From the sequence record SRR20825015_268: a stretch of DNA of 34,108 bases. The stretch is one strand, 5' to 3'. This document shows positions 8,297 through 17,584 of this stretch, piece by piece; within the stretch, counting starts at the first letter, position 1; the number at the start of each line of letters is the position of its first letter. The notes below the pieces were generated by a model. It did not search any database and had not been told where the DNA came from. It was given only the letters and a program-made list of their open reading frames with translations. The translations under genes and the position numbers were made by a program.

Positions 8297-9595
8297 TCAC
8301 GCCTGCGGTGATGCTTCGATCTTTGTGGCGAGCACGCGATCGATCCGGCGATTGTCCAGATCCATGATTTCAAAACGCCAGCCCATGGCATCGGTGCTTT
8401 CGCCGGTCTTCGGCAGATGCGTGAATTCGTTGAGCAGGAAGCCAGCGAGCGTGGTGTAGGTACGCTCTGCCGGGAGATTGAAGCCCAGATGGTCTGCCAT
8501 TTCGTCAGCGGGCATGGAGCCGGGGAGCAGCCAGGAGCCGTCTGCGCGTTCGACGATATCCAGCTCACCTTCCTCGGCATCCGCACGAAAGATGCCCGCG
8601 ATCGCCTCGAGAATATCGGACGGGGTGATAATGCCTTCGAAATGGCCATGTTCATCGTGCACCAGCGCCATCGGAATGGCTGCCTCTCGAAGAACGGAGA
8701 GTACGTTGAGCGCGTCGGCCATGTCGTGAACGATCGGAGCCGGGAGAACATGGGCCCGGATGTCCAGTGGTTCTCCCGATAGTTGAGCAGCCAGCAGATC
8801 GCGCAACTTGACGACGCCGGTGATCTCGTCGACGGACCCATCACCGGCCGGCAGGAGAGAGTGGCCGGAGCTTTTGACGTCTTCTGCCAGTGCCGCTTCG
8901 TCTGCGGAGAGATCCAGCCAGTCGATCTCGCCACGAGGGGTCATGATCGCGCGCGCCTTGCGGTCGGCGAGCCTCATGACACCGGCAATCATGCGCCGCT
9001 CATCGGATTCAATGGTGCCGCTGGTTTCTGCTTCGGCAATGAGCGTGCGGATTTCCTCATCTGTTACGCGCTGGCTCGATTCCGCGCTTTGGCCGAGCAA
9101 TGCCAGGACCAGACGGCCCGACACATCAAGCAGCCACACGAGCGGAAGGGTGATGCGCGACAGGAGCCCCATGATCGGTGCAACCTTGACGGCGATGCCC
9201 TCTGCGTTCTTGAGCGCGATCTGCTTTGGAACGAGTTCGCCGACGATCAGCGACACATAGGTGATAAGGGCCACAACCAGGCCAACGCCGAGCGGGTTTG
9301 CCAGGCTTTCCGAGACACCCTGCAAGATGAGCCAGTCGGACAGGCGTGTTCCGAGCGTCGCACCGGAGAAGGCTCCGGAGAGCACACCGACCAGTGTAAT
9401 GCCGATCTGGACCGTGGAAAGGAAACGTCCGGGATCAGCCGAGAGGGCGAGGGCCCGTGCGGCACCGCGCTGACCCTGATCCGCCCGGGATTTCAACCGG
9501 GCGGGTCTGGCCGAAACAACAGCCAGTTCCGACATGGCCATGAAACCATTGAAGATGATGAGGACGAAGAGAATGGCGATTTCAATAATGAGCAT
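8297..9595 (-). CDS. HlyC/CorC family CNNM-CBS membrane protein
   Basis: NGFMAMSELAVVSAR, FLSTVQIGITLVG, GELVPKQIA, IMTPR, CBS pair (VHDEHGHFEGIIT), C-terminal CorC domain YTTLAGF. Confidence 0.92.
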   Translation of the reverse strand: MLIIEIAILFVLIIFNGFMAMSELAVVSARPARLKSRADQGQRGAARALALSADPGRFLSTVQIGITLVGVLSGAFSGATLGTRLSDWLILQGVSESLANPLGVGLVVALITYVSLIVGELVPKQIALKNAEGIAVKVAPIMGLLSRITLPLVWLLDVSGRLVLALLGQSAESSQRVTDEEIRTLIAEAETSGTIESDERRMIAGVMRLADRKARAIMTPRGEIDWLDLSADEAALAEDVKSSGHSLLPAGDGSVDEITGVVKLRDLLAAQLSGEPLDIRAHVLPAPIVHDMADALNVLSVLREAAIPMALVHDEHGHFEGIITPSDILEAIAGIFRADAEEGELDIVERADGSWLLPGSMPADEMADHLGFNLPAERTYTTLAGFLLNEFTHLPKTGESTDAMGWRFEIMDLDNRRIDRVLATKIEASPQA

Positions 9596-9655
9596 GGAAG
9601 CTGTTTAGCACTCCCGGATGAAGGGCGCGAGACTGCTTTGTGGGCAGGGAAAACG

Positions 9656-10543
9656 CTATTTGCAGGCGCGGTAGCCGTTGCGGCGGCCCTTTAGATCAAA
9701 ATGGAAATGGTCGCGGTGATCGTAGTTGTACCCGGGGCCGAGAACGGTGGTGAAATAGTCGCACCCTTCGGCACGGACCGAGTTCAGCAGGCCGCGTTCG
9801 CGGAAGGCGAAGAAGCCCGGCTTGCGCACATCGATCTCGCGGCCGTTCTTCAGCTCGATGCTCATAACGTCGAGTGCATTGCCTTTGGAATGCTCCGAAG
9901 CGACACTGGTGCCGGCAATGCGCCGGCAGGAATAGCTTGAGCCCTGCCGGATTTTTCCGATGCCGGTGAGATAGCGTTTGCGCGCGGCCGGCGCGAGCTC
10001 GTTTTTCGTCCAGCGGGCGAATGTCTCTGCCATCTGACAATTGAGCGTGGCGGCGGGCGCCATTTCGATATTGCCCGACAGGCCACTGACCTTGACGGGC
10101 CAGTCGATGCGGCAGGCTCCTCCGTCGTTGATGGGCTCAAGGTCCTGATACTTGACGCCAAGACGTTTGAGCCGACGACGGCAGGCGATTTCTTCTGCTG
10201 GCATGACACGCGGCGAGCTTTCACTGCGCGGCAGGGTCATGCGTGGATAGGAAACCATCATCGGGTTTGACGGAACGAGCGCCTGCAACCCCCTGGTACT
10301 TTCGGGGGCGGGAGTGGAAACAGTGGGTGTCGCCACCTGCGGAACCGGCGCAGCGGGAGCGGGTGCTAGCTGTGCCACTGGCACGGCAGCAGTCTGGACG
10401 CCGATATCCACGGATGGGCGGGGTGACATCACATCGCTGACAGAGCATGCAGAAAGAGCCAACAGCGTGGCAGCCGCGGCGGCGCGCAGAAAAGATGCAC
10501 GTAATGGCGTTGCAACAGGGTTGCCAACACGAATACCGACCAT
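9656..10543 (-). CDS. Extensin-like_C family lipoprotein, probable LAS-type Zn peptidase fold
   Basis: Lipobox LSAC, Pro-rich linker, ATLNC, SYSCR, SEHSKGNALD, TVLGPGYNYDHRDHFHFD. Start codon uncertain. Confidence 0.85.
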   Translation of the reverse strand: MVGIRVGNPVATPLRASFLRAAAAATLLALSACSVSDVMSPRPSVDIGVQTAAVPVAQLAPAPAAPVPQVATPTVSTPAPESTRGLQALVPSNPMMVSYPRMTLPRSESSPRVMPAEEIACRRRLKRLGVKYQDLEPINDGGACRIDWPVKVSGLSGNIEMAPAATLNCQMAETFARWTKNELAPAARKRYLTGIGKIRQGSSYSCRRIAGTSVASEHSKGNALDVMSIELKNGREIDVRKPGFFAFRERGLLNSVRAEGCDYFTTVLGPGYNYDHRDHFHFDLKGRRNGYRACK

Positions 10544-10665
10544 GAATACGCCCCGTCGACCTTGCACGCTTCCAGAAGGAGAGTAGCCTAGCCAGACAAG
10601 GTAAAGGAAAGGTCAGCGGGGGCATTCAGACCTGTGACCTCATTATGGCGTGCCGAAAAAGGCAG

Positions 10666-11487
10666 CTATTTGCAGTAGAGATAGTCGTTGCGGCGCTTCT
10701 GAAGATCCAGATGAAAATGCGTCGCGTGATCGGCATTGGTGCCTGGACCGAGAACGGTCTTGAAAGGGCCGCAGGCAGCGGTGCGGAAGGCATCGAGAAA
10801 CCTGGCGGTTCCGCTTCTCGGATTTGATTGCCGCGCGACGTCGAGTCTGGTGCCATCCGCCAGGTCGAAAGCGGCTATATCCAAGGCATTTCCAAAGGCG
10901 TGCTCAGAGAGTTTTTCCAACCCGGCACGTGTCCGGCAGACATAAGCAGATACATGTCGAACGGTGGCGACCGGCTGCTTGAGGTGACGCCTGGCGAGTG
11001 AAGGAACTTTGTCTGTGAAAAAACGCGCGAGTGTGAGAGCCGTCGCGCAATTGAGTGTTGCCTTTGGCTTCAATGCAATTTTCCGGGAGAGACGTTCGAT
11101 AACGAGCGGGTGAGCGATCGAGCAACCGCGCGCCTCCGATATGGGGGTCTGCTCGGAATAAGAAACGCCCAGTTTAGCCAGGGCGCGGCGGCAGGCGATT
11201 TCTTTTGCGGGCAAACGGCCTGGCGTCTGGGGCGGCGGGCGTTTCTGTGGTTTGGTCTTCATGGGCGGACGCGGGGAGGGAATGGGAACGATGACCGACA
11301 TCTCCGACCGCTGCAGTTCGCCGCGGCTCTTTGGTATGGGGCCTGTGGCCGGCAGGGGGACCGAGGCGGCCCTTTCGGCTGCATGAGCGTTGTTCAGGGG
11401 TTCCGTGAAGAGCAGGGCGCAGAGCAATATGGCCGGCAGCGCACTTCGAACAGCTAAAAGAGCGATCATGCTGGATGTTTGCCGCAA
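10666..11487 (-). CDS. Extensin-like_C family exported protein (second paralogue)
   Basis: Signal peptide, Pro-rich linker, ATLNC, AYVCR, SEHAFGNALD, TVLGPGTNADHATHFHLD. Start uncertain (alternative ATG at 11469). Confidence 0.85.
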   Translation of the reverse strand: MRQTSSMIALLAVRSALPAILLCALLFTEPLNNAHAAERAASVPLPATGPIPKSRGELQRSEMSVIVPIPSPRPPMKTKPQKRPPPQTPGRLPAKEIACRRALAKLGVSYSEQTPISEARGCSIAHPLVIERLSRKIALKPKATLNCATALTLARFFTDKVPSLARRHLKQPVATVRHVSAYVCRTRAGLEKLSEHAFGNALDIAAFDLADGTRLDVARQSNPRSGTARFLDAFRTAACGPFKTVLGPGTNADHATHFHLDLQKRRNDYLYCK

Positions 11488-11526
11488 CCCCGGCTGATCG
11501 GGAAATAACGGTGTGTTTCGAAGTGT

Positions 11527-11955
11527 TCACGATGCGCCGAGTGCATCCAGGCCATCGATCAGCCAGTCATAAAGCATCGGCATTCCGAGGAGATAAGTGG
11601 CCACGTTCCTGGCGCCATGCTGCCGCGCATCCGTGACGGCGGTTGACCATTCCTTCACATCGTAGTCGCCGCGCCCCACCCATGCCAGCGCTATCAATTC
11701 AGCAATCTCATCCACATTGAGATCAGCCACCAGTTCTCGAAATTCCTCTTCGGTGAGGTCTTCCTCCTCTTCCTCGATCAGCCCGTCATGCTGGTGCCGA
11801 TCGCGGGCATCGCCATCGATCTCAATTTCGTGCTCGTGACCATCGTCATAGTCTGTATTGAGCGCGGCGCTGATTGCGCGCGCCTTGCCTGCCAGAAAGC
11901 GCACGGTTTCCGGGTCTATGGTCAGCGCCCATTCGCGCTCAACAGGCTTCTGCAT
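11527..11955 (-). CDS. DUF3775 domain protein
   Basis: RBS GGAGGAG, acidic region, then LNVDEIAELIALAWVGRGDY...YLLGMPML..WLIDGLDALG. Confidence 0.85.
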   Translation of the reverse strand: MQKPVEREWALTIDPETVRFLAGKARAISAALNTDYDDGHEHEIEIDGDARDRHQHDGLIEEEEEDLTEEEFRELVADLNVDEIAELIALAWVGRGDYDVKEWSTAVTDARQHGARNVATYLLGMPMLYDWLIDGLDALGAS

Positions 11956-12031
11956 GAGCTTCTCCTCCGGCACTCCGAAGGTATGATAACGCAGAACGTG
12001 CGGAAAGCACGACGGATTGTTTAGCTCCTGT

Positions 12032-12922
12032 TCAGGCCACGCTGCGTTGCCGGTTGCGCAGAGCCGGAACGATTTCGACTGCCAGAATGGCTGCAAAGAT
12101 CAGGCCGCAACCGGCGAGACCGAGCGCCGGTAACCGCTCACCGAGAAAGATCGCCCCGAAAAGTGCGGCGAAGACTGCTTCCGTGGACAGGAAAATCGCG
12201 GCTTGCGGGGCTGTTGTATAGCGCTGGCCGATAACCTGGAGCGTGAAGGCTATGCCGCCGGAAAAAATGCCAGCGTAGAGGATTTCAGGCATGGCAATGA
12301 GAATCGCGGATAACTCGATCGTCTCGATAAGGCCGGCGGCAGCAAGGGCGATGACGGCTGTTATGCCGAACTGGGTGACGGACAGCGTGATGGGGCGGCC
12401 GGTATGACTTGCGCTTCTGCCAATCATGATCACCTGGAGGGCCCAGAAGAGTGCGCAAAGGATGGTCAGCCAGTCGCCGGTGGTGAGTGCCACGCTGCCT
12501 GCGCCTGACAGCAACCAGATCCCCGCAAGCGCGGAAAGGGCGGCCGGCCAGACCACGAGGTGTGGCCACTGGCGGAACAGAAGAACCGCCAGAAACGGCA
12601 CCATGACAACGTAGAGGCCGGTGAGGAAACCGGAATTGGTAACGCTGGTGGTCAGGAGGCCAAACTGCTGCGCGGCCATGCCAGCGAAGAGGAGCAGACC
12701 GATCAGCAGGAAATTCCGCTTGTCGTTGAAGGTGAGGGGTCTTGCGCTGCGCCGGGCTTCCCACATGGCAAAAGGCAGCATGGAAAGACAGGCAATGGCA
12801 AAGCGCAGACCGATGAACAGGAACGGGCCGATGGCATCCATCGCGGTCGACTGGGCGACGAAGCCCATGCCCCACATTGCGCCTGCAAGAAGCAATAGAA
12901 GATTGGCCTGAACCTGTGTCAT
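12032..12922 (-). CDS. DMT/EamA family transporter
   Basis: About 10 hydrophobic segments; WGMGFVAQ, RFAIA, SGFLTGLYVVMVP, LQVIGQRYT...AAIFLSTEAVFAA...LGERL. Confidence 0.9.
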   Translation of the reverse strand: MTQVQANLLLLLAGAMWGMGFVAQSTAMDAIGPFLFIGLRFAIACLSMLPFAMWEARRSARPLTFNDKRNFLLIGLLLFAGMAAQQFGLLTTSVTNSGFLTGLYVVMVPFLAVLLFRQWPHLVVWPAALSALAGIWLLSGAGSVALTTGDWLTILCALFWALQVIMIGRSASHTGRPITLSVTQFGITAVIALAAAGLIETIELSAILIAMPEILYAGIFSGGIAFTLQVIGQRYTTAPQAAIFLSTEAVFAALFGAIFLGERLPALGLAGCGLIFAAILAVEIVPALRNRQRSVA

Positions 12923-13023
12923 ACGCCCACCCGGACTGAGGAAAATGCGCATGTCTTACGGAGCTGGCGCTGGCCGCACAAGGGCCGTAGCGCTTGACTC
13001 CTGTGGGCCAGTTTCGGGGTGCA

Positions 13024-14157
13024 TTACTCCGAACGGAATATACGGATGATCTCGCCCCGGCGCTTGTCCGTCAAAAGCCAGAGCGAGCCGTCAGGTGCAA
13101 CATTCACATCCCGTATCCGTCCGAAAGCTCCCTTGAAAAGACGCTCTTCACCGAGAATGTTGCCGTTCTCATCCCGATCGAGGCGGGCGACGAGGTGGTA
13201 TTTGAGCGCCGCAACAAAGAAATCCCCCTGCCATTCGGGAAACATTTCGCCCTGATAAACTGCGGTGCCGGAAGGCGCGATGGACGGGTCCCAGTAGTAT
13301 TCAGGTTGTTCGTAGCCCGGCGCTTCGCTGCCGACGCCGATTTTCGTGCCACTGTAGTTGACGCCATAAGAGATGACCGGCCAGCCATAGTTCTTTCCGG
13401 CCTCGGGGCGATTGACCTCATCACCACCGCGGGCGCCGTGCTCGACCGTCCAGATCGCGCGGGTCACAGGGTCGAAGACGGCGCCTTGCGGATTGCGATG
13501 CCCCATGGACCAGATTTCAGGCGCGGTGTCTGCGCTGCCGGCGAAGGGATTGTTTTCAGGGACAGAGCCGTCGGGGTTGATCCTGAGTACCGAACCGGCG
13601 TGGTCGGCGGGATCCTGTGCCCGGTCGCCTTGTCCGCGGTCGCCAATGGTGAAAAACAGCGTGCCGTCGGGATGGAGCACGATGCGCGAGCCGAAATGTT
13701 GACCTGCCGTGGTTTTGCGATTCATGGAAAAAATTGTCGTGACGTCCTCAAGACGGGCATCCGCGCCATTTCTTACAAGCCGTGCGCGGGCAATGGCCGT
13801 GCCGGCTCCGTCTTCGCCAGGTTCTGAAAAAGAGAGAAAAATCGTTCCTGTTTCGGCGAAATCCGGCGAAACGGCGACATCCAGCAACCCGCCCTGACCG
13901 ACAATGGCGACCTCGGGCACACCGGCGATGGGGGCTGAGAGGGAGCCCGCGGAGAAGAGCCGCAACTGGCCCGGGCGTTCCGTCACGAGCGCGCTTCCAT
14001 CGGGCAGAAAATCAAGACCCCAGGGATTGGAAAGGCCACGTGCGAGAGTTTCAGCCTCGACCGTCACCGCCTGGGTGGTAAAGGTCTTGGCGGCGGCGAC
14101 ACCTGGCCAGGCAAGAAGACCGGCGGCCAGGGCGGTTCGAAGGATCTGGTCTTGCAT
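13024..14157 (-). CDS. PQQ-dependent sugar dehydrogenase (GSDH/YliI-like), exported
   Basis: Signal peptide, PWGLDFLPDG..LVTERPG, GQGGLLDV, HFGSRI, GHRNPQG, EHGARGGDEVN, NYGWP, PSIAPSG, GRIRDV. Confidence 0.92.
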   Translation of the reverse strand: MQDQILRTALAAGLLAWPGVAAAKTFTTQAVTVEAETLARGLSNPWGLDFLPDGSALVTERPGQLRLFSAGSLSAPIAGVPEVAIVGQGGLLDVAVSPDFAETGTIFLSFSEPGEDGAGTAIARARLVRNGADARLEDVTTIFSMNRKTTAGQHFGSRIVLHPDGTLFFTIGDRGQGDRAQDPADHAGSVLRINPDGSVPENNPFAGSADTAPEIWSMGHRNPQGAVFDPVTRAIWTVEHGARGGDEVNRPEAGKNYGWPVISYGVNYSGTKIGVGSEAPGYEQPEYYWDPSIAPSGTAVYQGEMFPEWQGDFFVAALKYHLVARLDRDENGNILGEERLFKGAFGRIRDVNVAPDGSLWLLTDKRRGEIIRIFRSE

Positions 14158-14188
14158 CAGCGGGTCTCCCATTGTCGCATTCATCTTG

Positions 14189-14216
14189 AGATAGGTTATG
14201 AACGCTGTCGAACAAG
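14189..14216 (-). promoter_or_regulatory. RpoH-type promoter for the PQQ dehydrogenase
   Basis: Minus strand reads CTTGTT-N15-CCTATCT about 30 nt before the ATG, matching the rhizobial RpoH consensus CTTG-NN-N15/16-CCTAT(A/C)T. Confidence 0.5.
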
Positions 14217-14309
14217 GCGAAACAACGGGGCGCAATTGAGGGGGAGACGGAACACGCAAAAATTTGCGTGAAAATCGTCACCGGCTTGTTATATTGGGAG
14301 AAGTCATAC

Positions 14310-14351
14310 GAAACGGTTCCGTAGGCAGACGCTTTCGGACCGTTTCTTTTT
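14310..14351 (+). terminator. Intrinsic terminator/attenuator in the greA 5' leader
   Basis: GAAACGGTTCCG-tAGGCagacGCTTt-CGGACCGTTTC followed by TTTTT. The upstream gene is divergent, so the hairpin cannot be terminating that gene. Confidence 0.7.
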
Positions 14352-14431
14352 ATGTCTGCACCGGCGGCAGGACGACGCTTCGCGTAAGGCGTGTGGGGTC
14401 TTCCTGCCTTCATGTCTGGAAGGTGAATGAA

Positions 14432-14905
14432 ATGAACAAGGTCCCTATGACGCTTGCCGGAGCCGCGGCGTTGAAGGAAGAGCTGCGTTGGCGCCAGCAG
14501 GAAGAGCGGCCACGTATCATTGAGGCGATCGCGGAGGCGCGCGCCCATGGCGACCTTTCGGAGAATGCGGAGTATCACGCTGCCAAGGAGGCGCAGAGCC
14601 TCAACGAAGGCCGCATCGGCGAACTGGAAGATCTGATCGCGCGCGCCGAGGTCATCGACGTGACAAAGCTCTCCGGCGATACGATTAAATTCGGCGCCAC
14701 GGTGATGCTGGTCGATGAAGACACCGAAGAGGAGAAGACCTATCAGATCGTCGGCGACCAGGAAGCCGATGTGAAGGCGGGCCGTATTTCCATTTCCTCG
14801 CCCATCGCGCGGGCGCTGATCGGCAAGGCTGTGGGGGACTCCATCGAGGTGAATGCTCCCGGCGGCGCGCGCGGCTATGAGGTGGTGGAAATCCGCTACG
14901 GCTGA
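14432..14905 (+). CDS. greA: Transcription elongation factor GreA
   Basis: MNKVPMT...[31 protein letters not shown]...[14 protein letters not shown]. Confidence 0.97.
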   Translation: MNKVPMTLAGAAALKEELRWRQQEERPRIIEAIAEARAHGDLSENAEYHAAKEAQSLNEGRIGELEDLIARAEVIDVTKLSGDTIKFGATVMLVDEDTEEEKTYQIVGDQEADVKAGRISISSPIARALIGKAVGDSIEVNAPGGARGYEVVEIRYG

Positions 14906-14910
14906 CCATC

Positions 14911-15999
14911 ATGTCCGGCAAAACGCCCGAAAGCGGCCTCCGGCTCCGCGTCCGTGATGTGGATGTGGTGGCCCCCAATTTCAAAAAGCGGCTTTCGGGC
15001 GTGACCAGCACCATCGTGCAGCTTGTTCCAGAACAGTCGAAGACACTCGCCATAGCGACATTGGGACCGGGACTGCCCGACACACTGCCCAAACTGCGCT
15101 GGTGGCAGGTGCCGGGGCTTCTGCGCAGGCCGGCCAACCGGCCTTTTCGCATATGGCATGCGCGGCGCAACCCGGAGATGCTGGCTGGCGTGATTTTGCG
15201 GGATGTCTTTCGCGCGCCGCTGAAGCTCGTTTTCACCTCCGCTTCGCAACGCGAGCACACGCGCTGGACCCGGTTTCTGATCTGTCGCATGGACCGGGTG
15301 GTGGCCACCAGCCGGAAATCTGCGGGTTACCTCAAGGTCGAAAGCCGTGTGGTCATGCACGGGATCGACACGCACCGTTTTTCACCACCCTCGAGCCCCG
15401 AGACGGGAGCGATCGCGGTGGGCATGGCGGGCGACCAGCGCTATGTCGGATGTTTTGGCCGGGTACGGCGCCAGAAGGGGACCGACCTCTTCGTGGATGC
15501 GATGATCGCGCTTCTGCCGGACCGTCCCGGCTGGTCGGCCATCATCGCCGGCCAGGCGACCGGGCCGCATGTAGACTTTGAGAGAGAACTGAAGGAGCGC
15601 GTGCGGGTAGCCGGGCTCGCAGACCGAGTGCATTTCGTTGGCACCCGCCCACAAATTCCGGCCTGGTATCAGGCGCTTTCGCTGTTCATCGCACCGCAGC
15701 GCTGGGAAGGTTTTGGGCTCACTCCACTTGAAGCGATGGCGTCAGGAGTCCCGGTTGTCGCCACGGATGTGGGGGCGTTTTCGGAGCAGCTGAAGGACAG
15801 CGAAGCGGGCACCCTGGTGCCTGTCGACGATCTGGATGCGATGATTGCTGCTGCAGCACGCTACATGGATGACGAAAAGCTGCGCGGCATCGCTGCAAAT
15901 GCTGCACTTCAGCATGCGCGCTCGCGTTTTCCACTGGAAGGCGAAGCGAATGCGCTTAATGCGCTTTACGAAGAACTCTGGCATGAGGCCACCACGTGA
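14911..15999 (+). CDS. lpsB: GT4 LPS core glycosyltransferase (LpsB/LpcC mannosyltransferase-like)
   Basis: VVAPNFKKRLSGVTSTIVQLVP, WHARRN.EM, GRVRRQKGTDLF, EGFGLTPLEAMASG. The greA-lpsB synteny is as in rhizobia. Confidence 0.88.
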   Translation: MSGKTPESGLRLRVRDVDVVAPNFKKRLSGVTSTIVQLVPEQSKTLAIATLGPGLPDTLPKLRWWQVPGLLRRPANRPFRIWHARRNPEMLAGVILRDVFRAPLKLVFTSASQREHTRWTRFLICRMDRVVATSRKSAGYLKVESRVVMHGIDTHRFSPPSSPETGAIAVGMAGDQRYVGCFGRVRRQKGTDLFVDAMIALLPDRPGWSAIIAGQATGPHVDFERELKERVRVAGLADRVHFVGTRPQIPAWYQALSLFIAPQRWEGFGLTPLEAMASGVPVVATDVGAFSEQLKDSEAGTLVPVDDLDAMIAAAARYMDDEKLRGIAANAALQHARSRFPLEGEANALNALYEELWHEATT

Positions 16000-16757
16000 A
16001 GATCGAAGGTTTCATCGTCCATCTTGAGCGCGCGACAGCGCGTCGCCCACAAGTGGAGCACCTGGTGGCGAGCCTGCCCGTTGAAAGCCATGTGGTGGAT
16101 GCCGTCGATGGTCAGGAACTCGGCGACGAGGAGATCGGGCGGCACTACGTGAAGGGGTTGCATCATCCGGATTATCCCTTTGTGCTGAAACAATCCGAGA
16201 TTGCCTGTTTTCTTTCTCACCGGAAGGTGTGGCGCATGATCGTGGAGCGCGGGCTCGATGCGGGGCTGATCGTCGAGGACGACGTGGCTCTCCAGATGCC
16301 GTTTTTCGGGCGGTGCCTCGAGCTTGCCAGGCGGGGCTGTACGGGCAAGGCATATGTGCAGTTTCGCATAAGCCCGGTTCGGGGCAAGGTGCAGGAAGTG
16401 GCGCGGGAGGGAGAGATCCGTCTCGTTGCGCCTGAAGTCTCGCAGCTTGGCACTGTTGCGCAGCTTGTGACACGCGAAGCTGCAGAGCATCTTCTCGCTC
16501 TGAGCGACCATTTCGATCGACCGGTCGACACGTTTCTGCAATTGCGCTGGGTGACAGGGATTGCACCTTTGTGTGTGGTGCCTTCGGGCATCAGCGACCA
16601 GTCAGCCGAGATCGGGGGCAGCACGGTCAGCGCATCGGGGAAGGTGAAGCGCAGCATCAGCGAGCGAATTCGCAGAGAATGGAAGCGTTTCGCATATCGG
16701 AGCAAAGTGCGAAAATATTCTCGCGGCTGGCAGGCAACCGGGGTGAAACGGCAGTGA
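15996..16757 (+). CDS. GT25 family glycosyltransferase (LpsE-like)
   Basis: FIVHLERATARR, AVDG, EIACFLSH..VW, IVEDD, PVD. GTGA overlap with lpsB. Confidence 0.85.
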   Translation: MKIEGFIVHLERATARRPQVEHLVASLPVESHVVDAVDGQELGDEEIGRHYVKGLHHPDYPFVLKQSEIACFLSHRKVWRMIVERGLDAGLIVEDDVALQMPFFGRCLELARRGCTGKAYVQFRISPVRGKVQEVAREGEIRLVAPEVSQLGTVAQLVTREAAEHLLALSDHFDRPVDTFLQLRWVTGIAPLCVVPSGISDQSAEIGGSTVSASGKVKRSISERIRREWKRFAYRSKVRKYSRGWQATGVKRQ

Positions 16758-17557
16758 AGACGCTTGTCATCAATCTGGAACGTGAAACGGCCCGCCTCGG
16801 GCATATGCGCAAGGTTTTTGGCGAGCAGGGGCTGGATTTCACGGTGGTCAAGGCGGTGGATGCAAAACTCCTTTCACAGGAGGAGCTGAAGGTCGGGCGA
16901 ACCGGAACACCCCGCTTCTACGAACTGGGGGCAGGCGAGATTGCCTGCTTTCTCTCACATCGGAAATGCTGGGAGATCGCGGCTCAGAGTGAAGATGCCT
17001 ACACGATCATCTGTGAAGACGATATTTTTCTCGGGGAGAATGCGTCAGCCATTTTCGGCGATGAGAGCTGGATACCCGCCGACGCAGGTGTCGTGAGGCT
17101 GGAGGCATGCCGGCCGAAGACGCTGATTGGAAAGGCGGCAGTCTCTACGGTTGCTGGTCGAAGGGTGCATCCTCTGCGCGTGGCACATGCGGGATCGGGT
17201 GCATATGTCGTTTTCCGAGACACCGCTGCAAGGCTGCTTCGTGAAACCAATGTGTTTTGCGATCCGCTCGATCAATTTCTTTACAGCTCCAGCGAGCCCA
17301 CAACGGGTGATCTGGAAAAGTATCAGATGGTGCCTGCGCCCGCGATTCAGGAAGTCTTTCTTCGGAAAGACAAATCTCTCGGCAGTTCATTGTTGGAGGA
17401 ACGCTACTCGGTTCAATCCGCGGGAAAACCCCGAAGCGTGGGGAGAAAAATCCTGCGGGAGATCGGGCGCCCCAGAAAAAAGATCGCGCGCTTTTTTTCC
17501 AACGCCTGGATTTACATGACCACCGAAAATATGTGGGTTCGCGTAAACTTCAAATAG
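16754..17557 (+). CDS. GT25 family glycosyltransferase (second copy)
   Basis: GTG start overlaps the previous stop. LVINLER...R, AVDA, GEIACFLSHRKCW, ICEDD, GSGAYVV...AARLL, PLD. Confidence 0.85.
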   Translation: MKTLVINLERETARLGHMRKVFGEQGLDFTVVKAVDAKLLSQEELKVGRTGTPRFYELGAGEIACFLSHRKCWEIAAQSEDAYTIICEDDIFLGENASAIFGDESWIPADAGVVRLEACRPKTLIGKAAVSTVAGRRVHPLRVAHAGSGAYVVFRDTAARLLRETNVFCDPLDQFLYSSSEPTTGDLEKYQMVPAPAIQEVFLRKDKSLGSSLLEERYSVQSAGKPRSVGRKILREIGRPRKKIARFFSNAWIYMTTENMWVRVNFK

Positions 17558-17584
17558 AGATATGCGTCGCGCGGCGAACCATTT

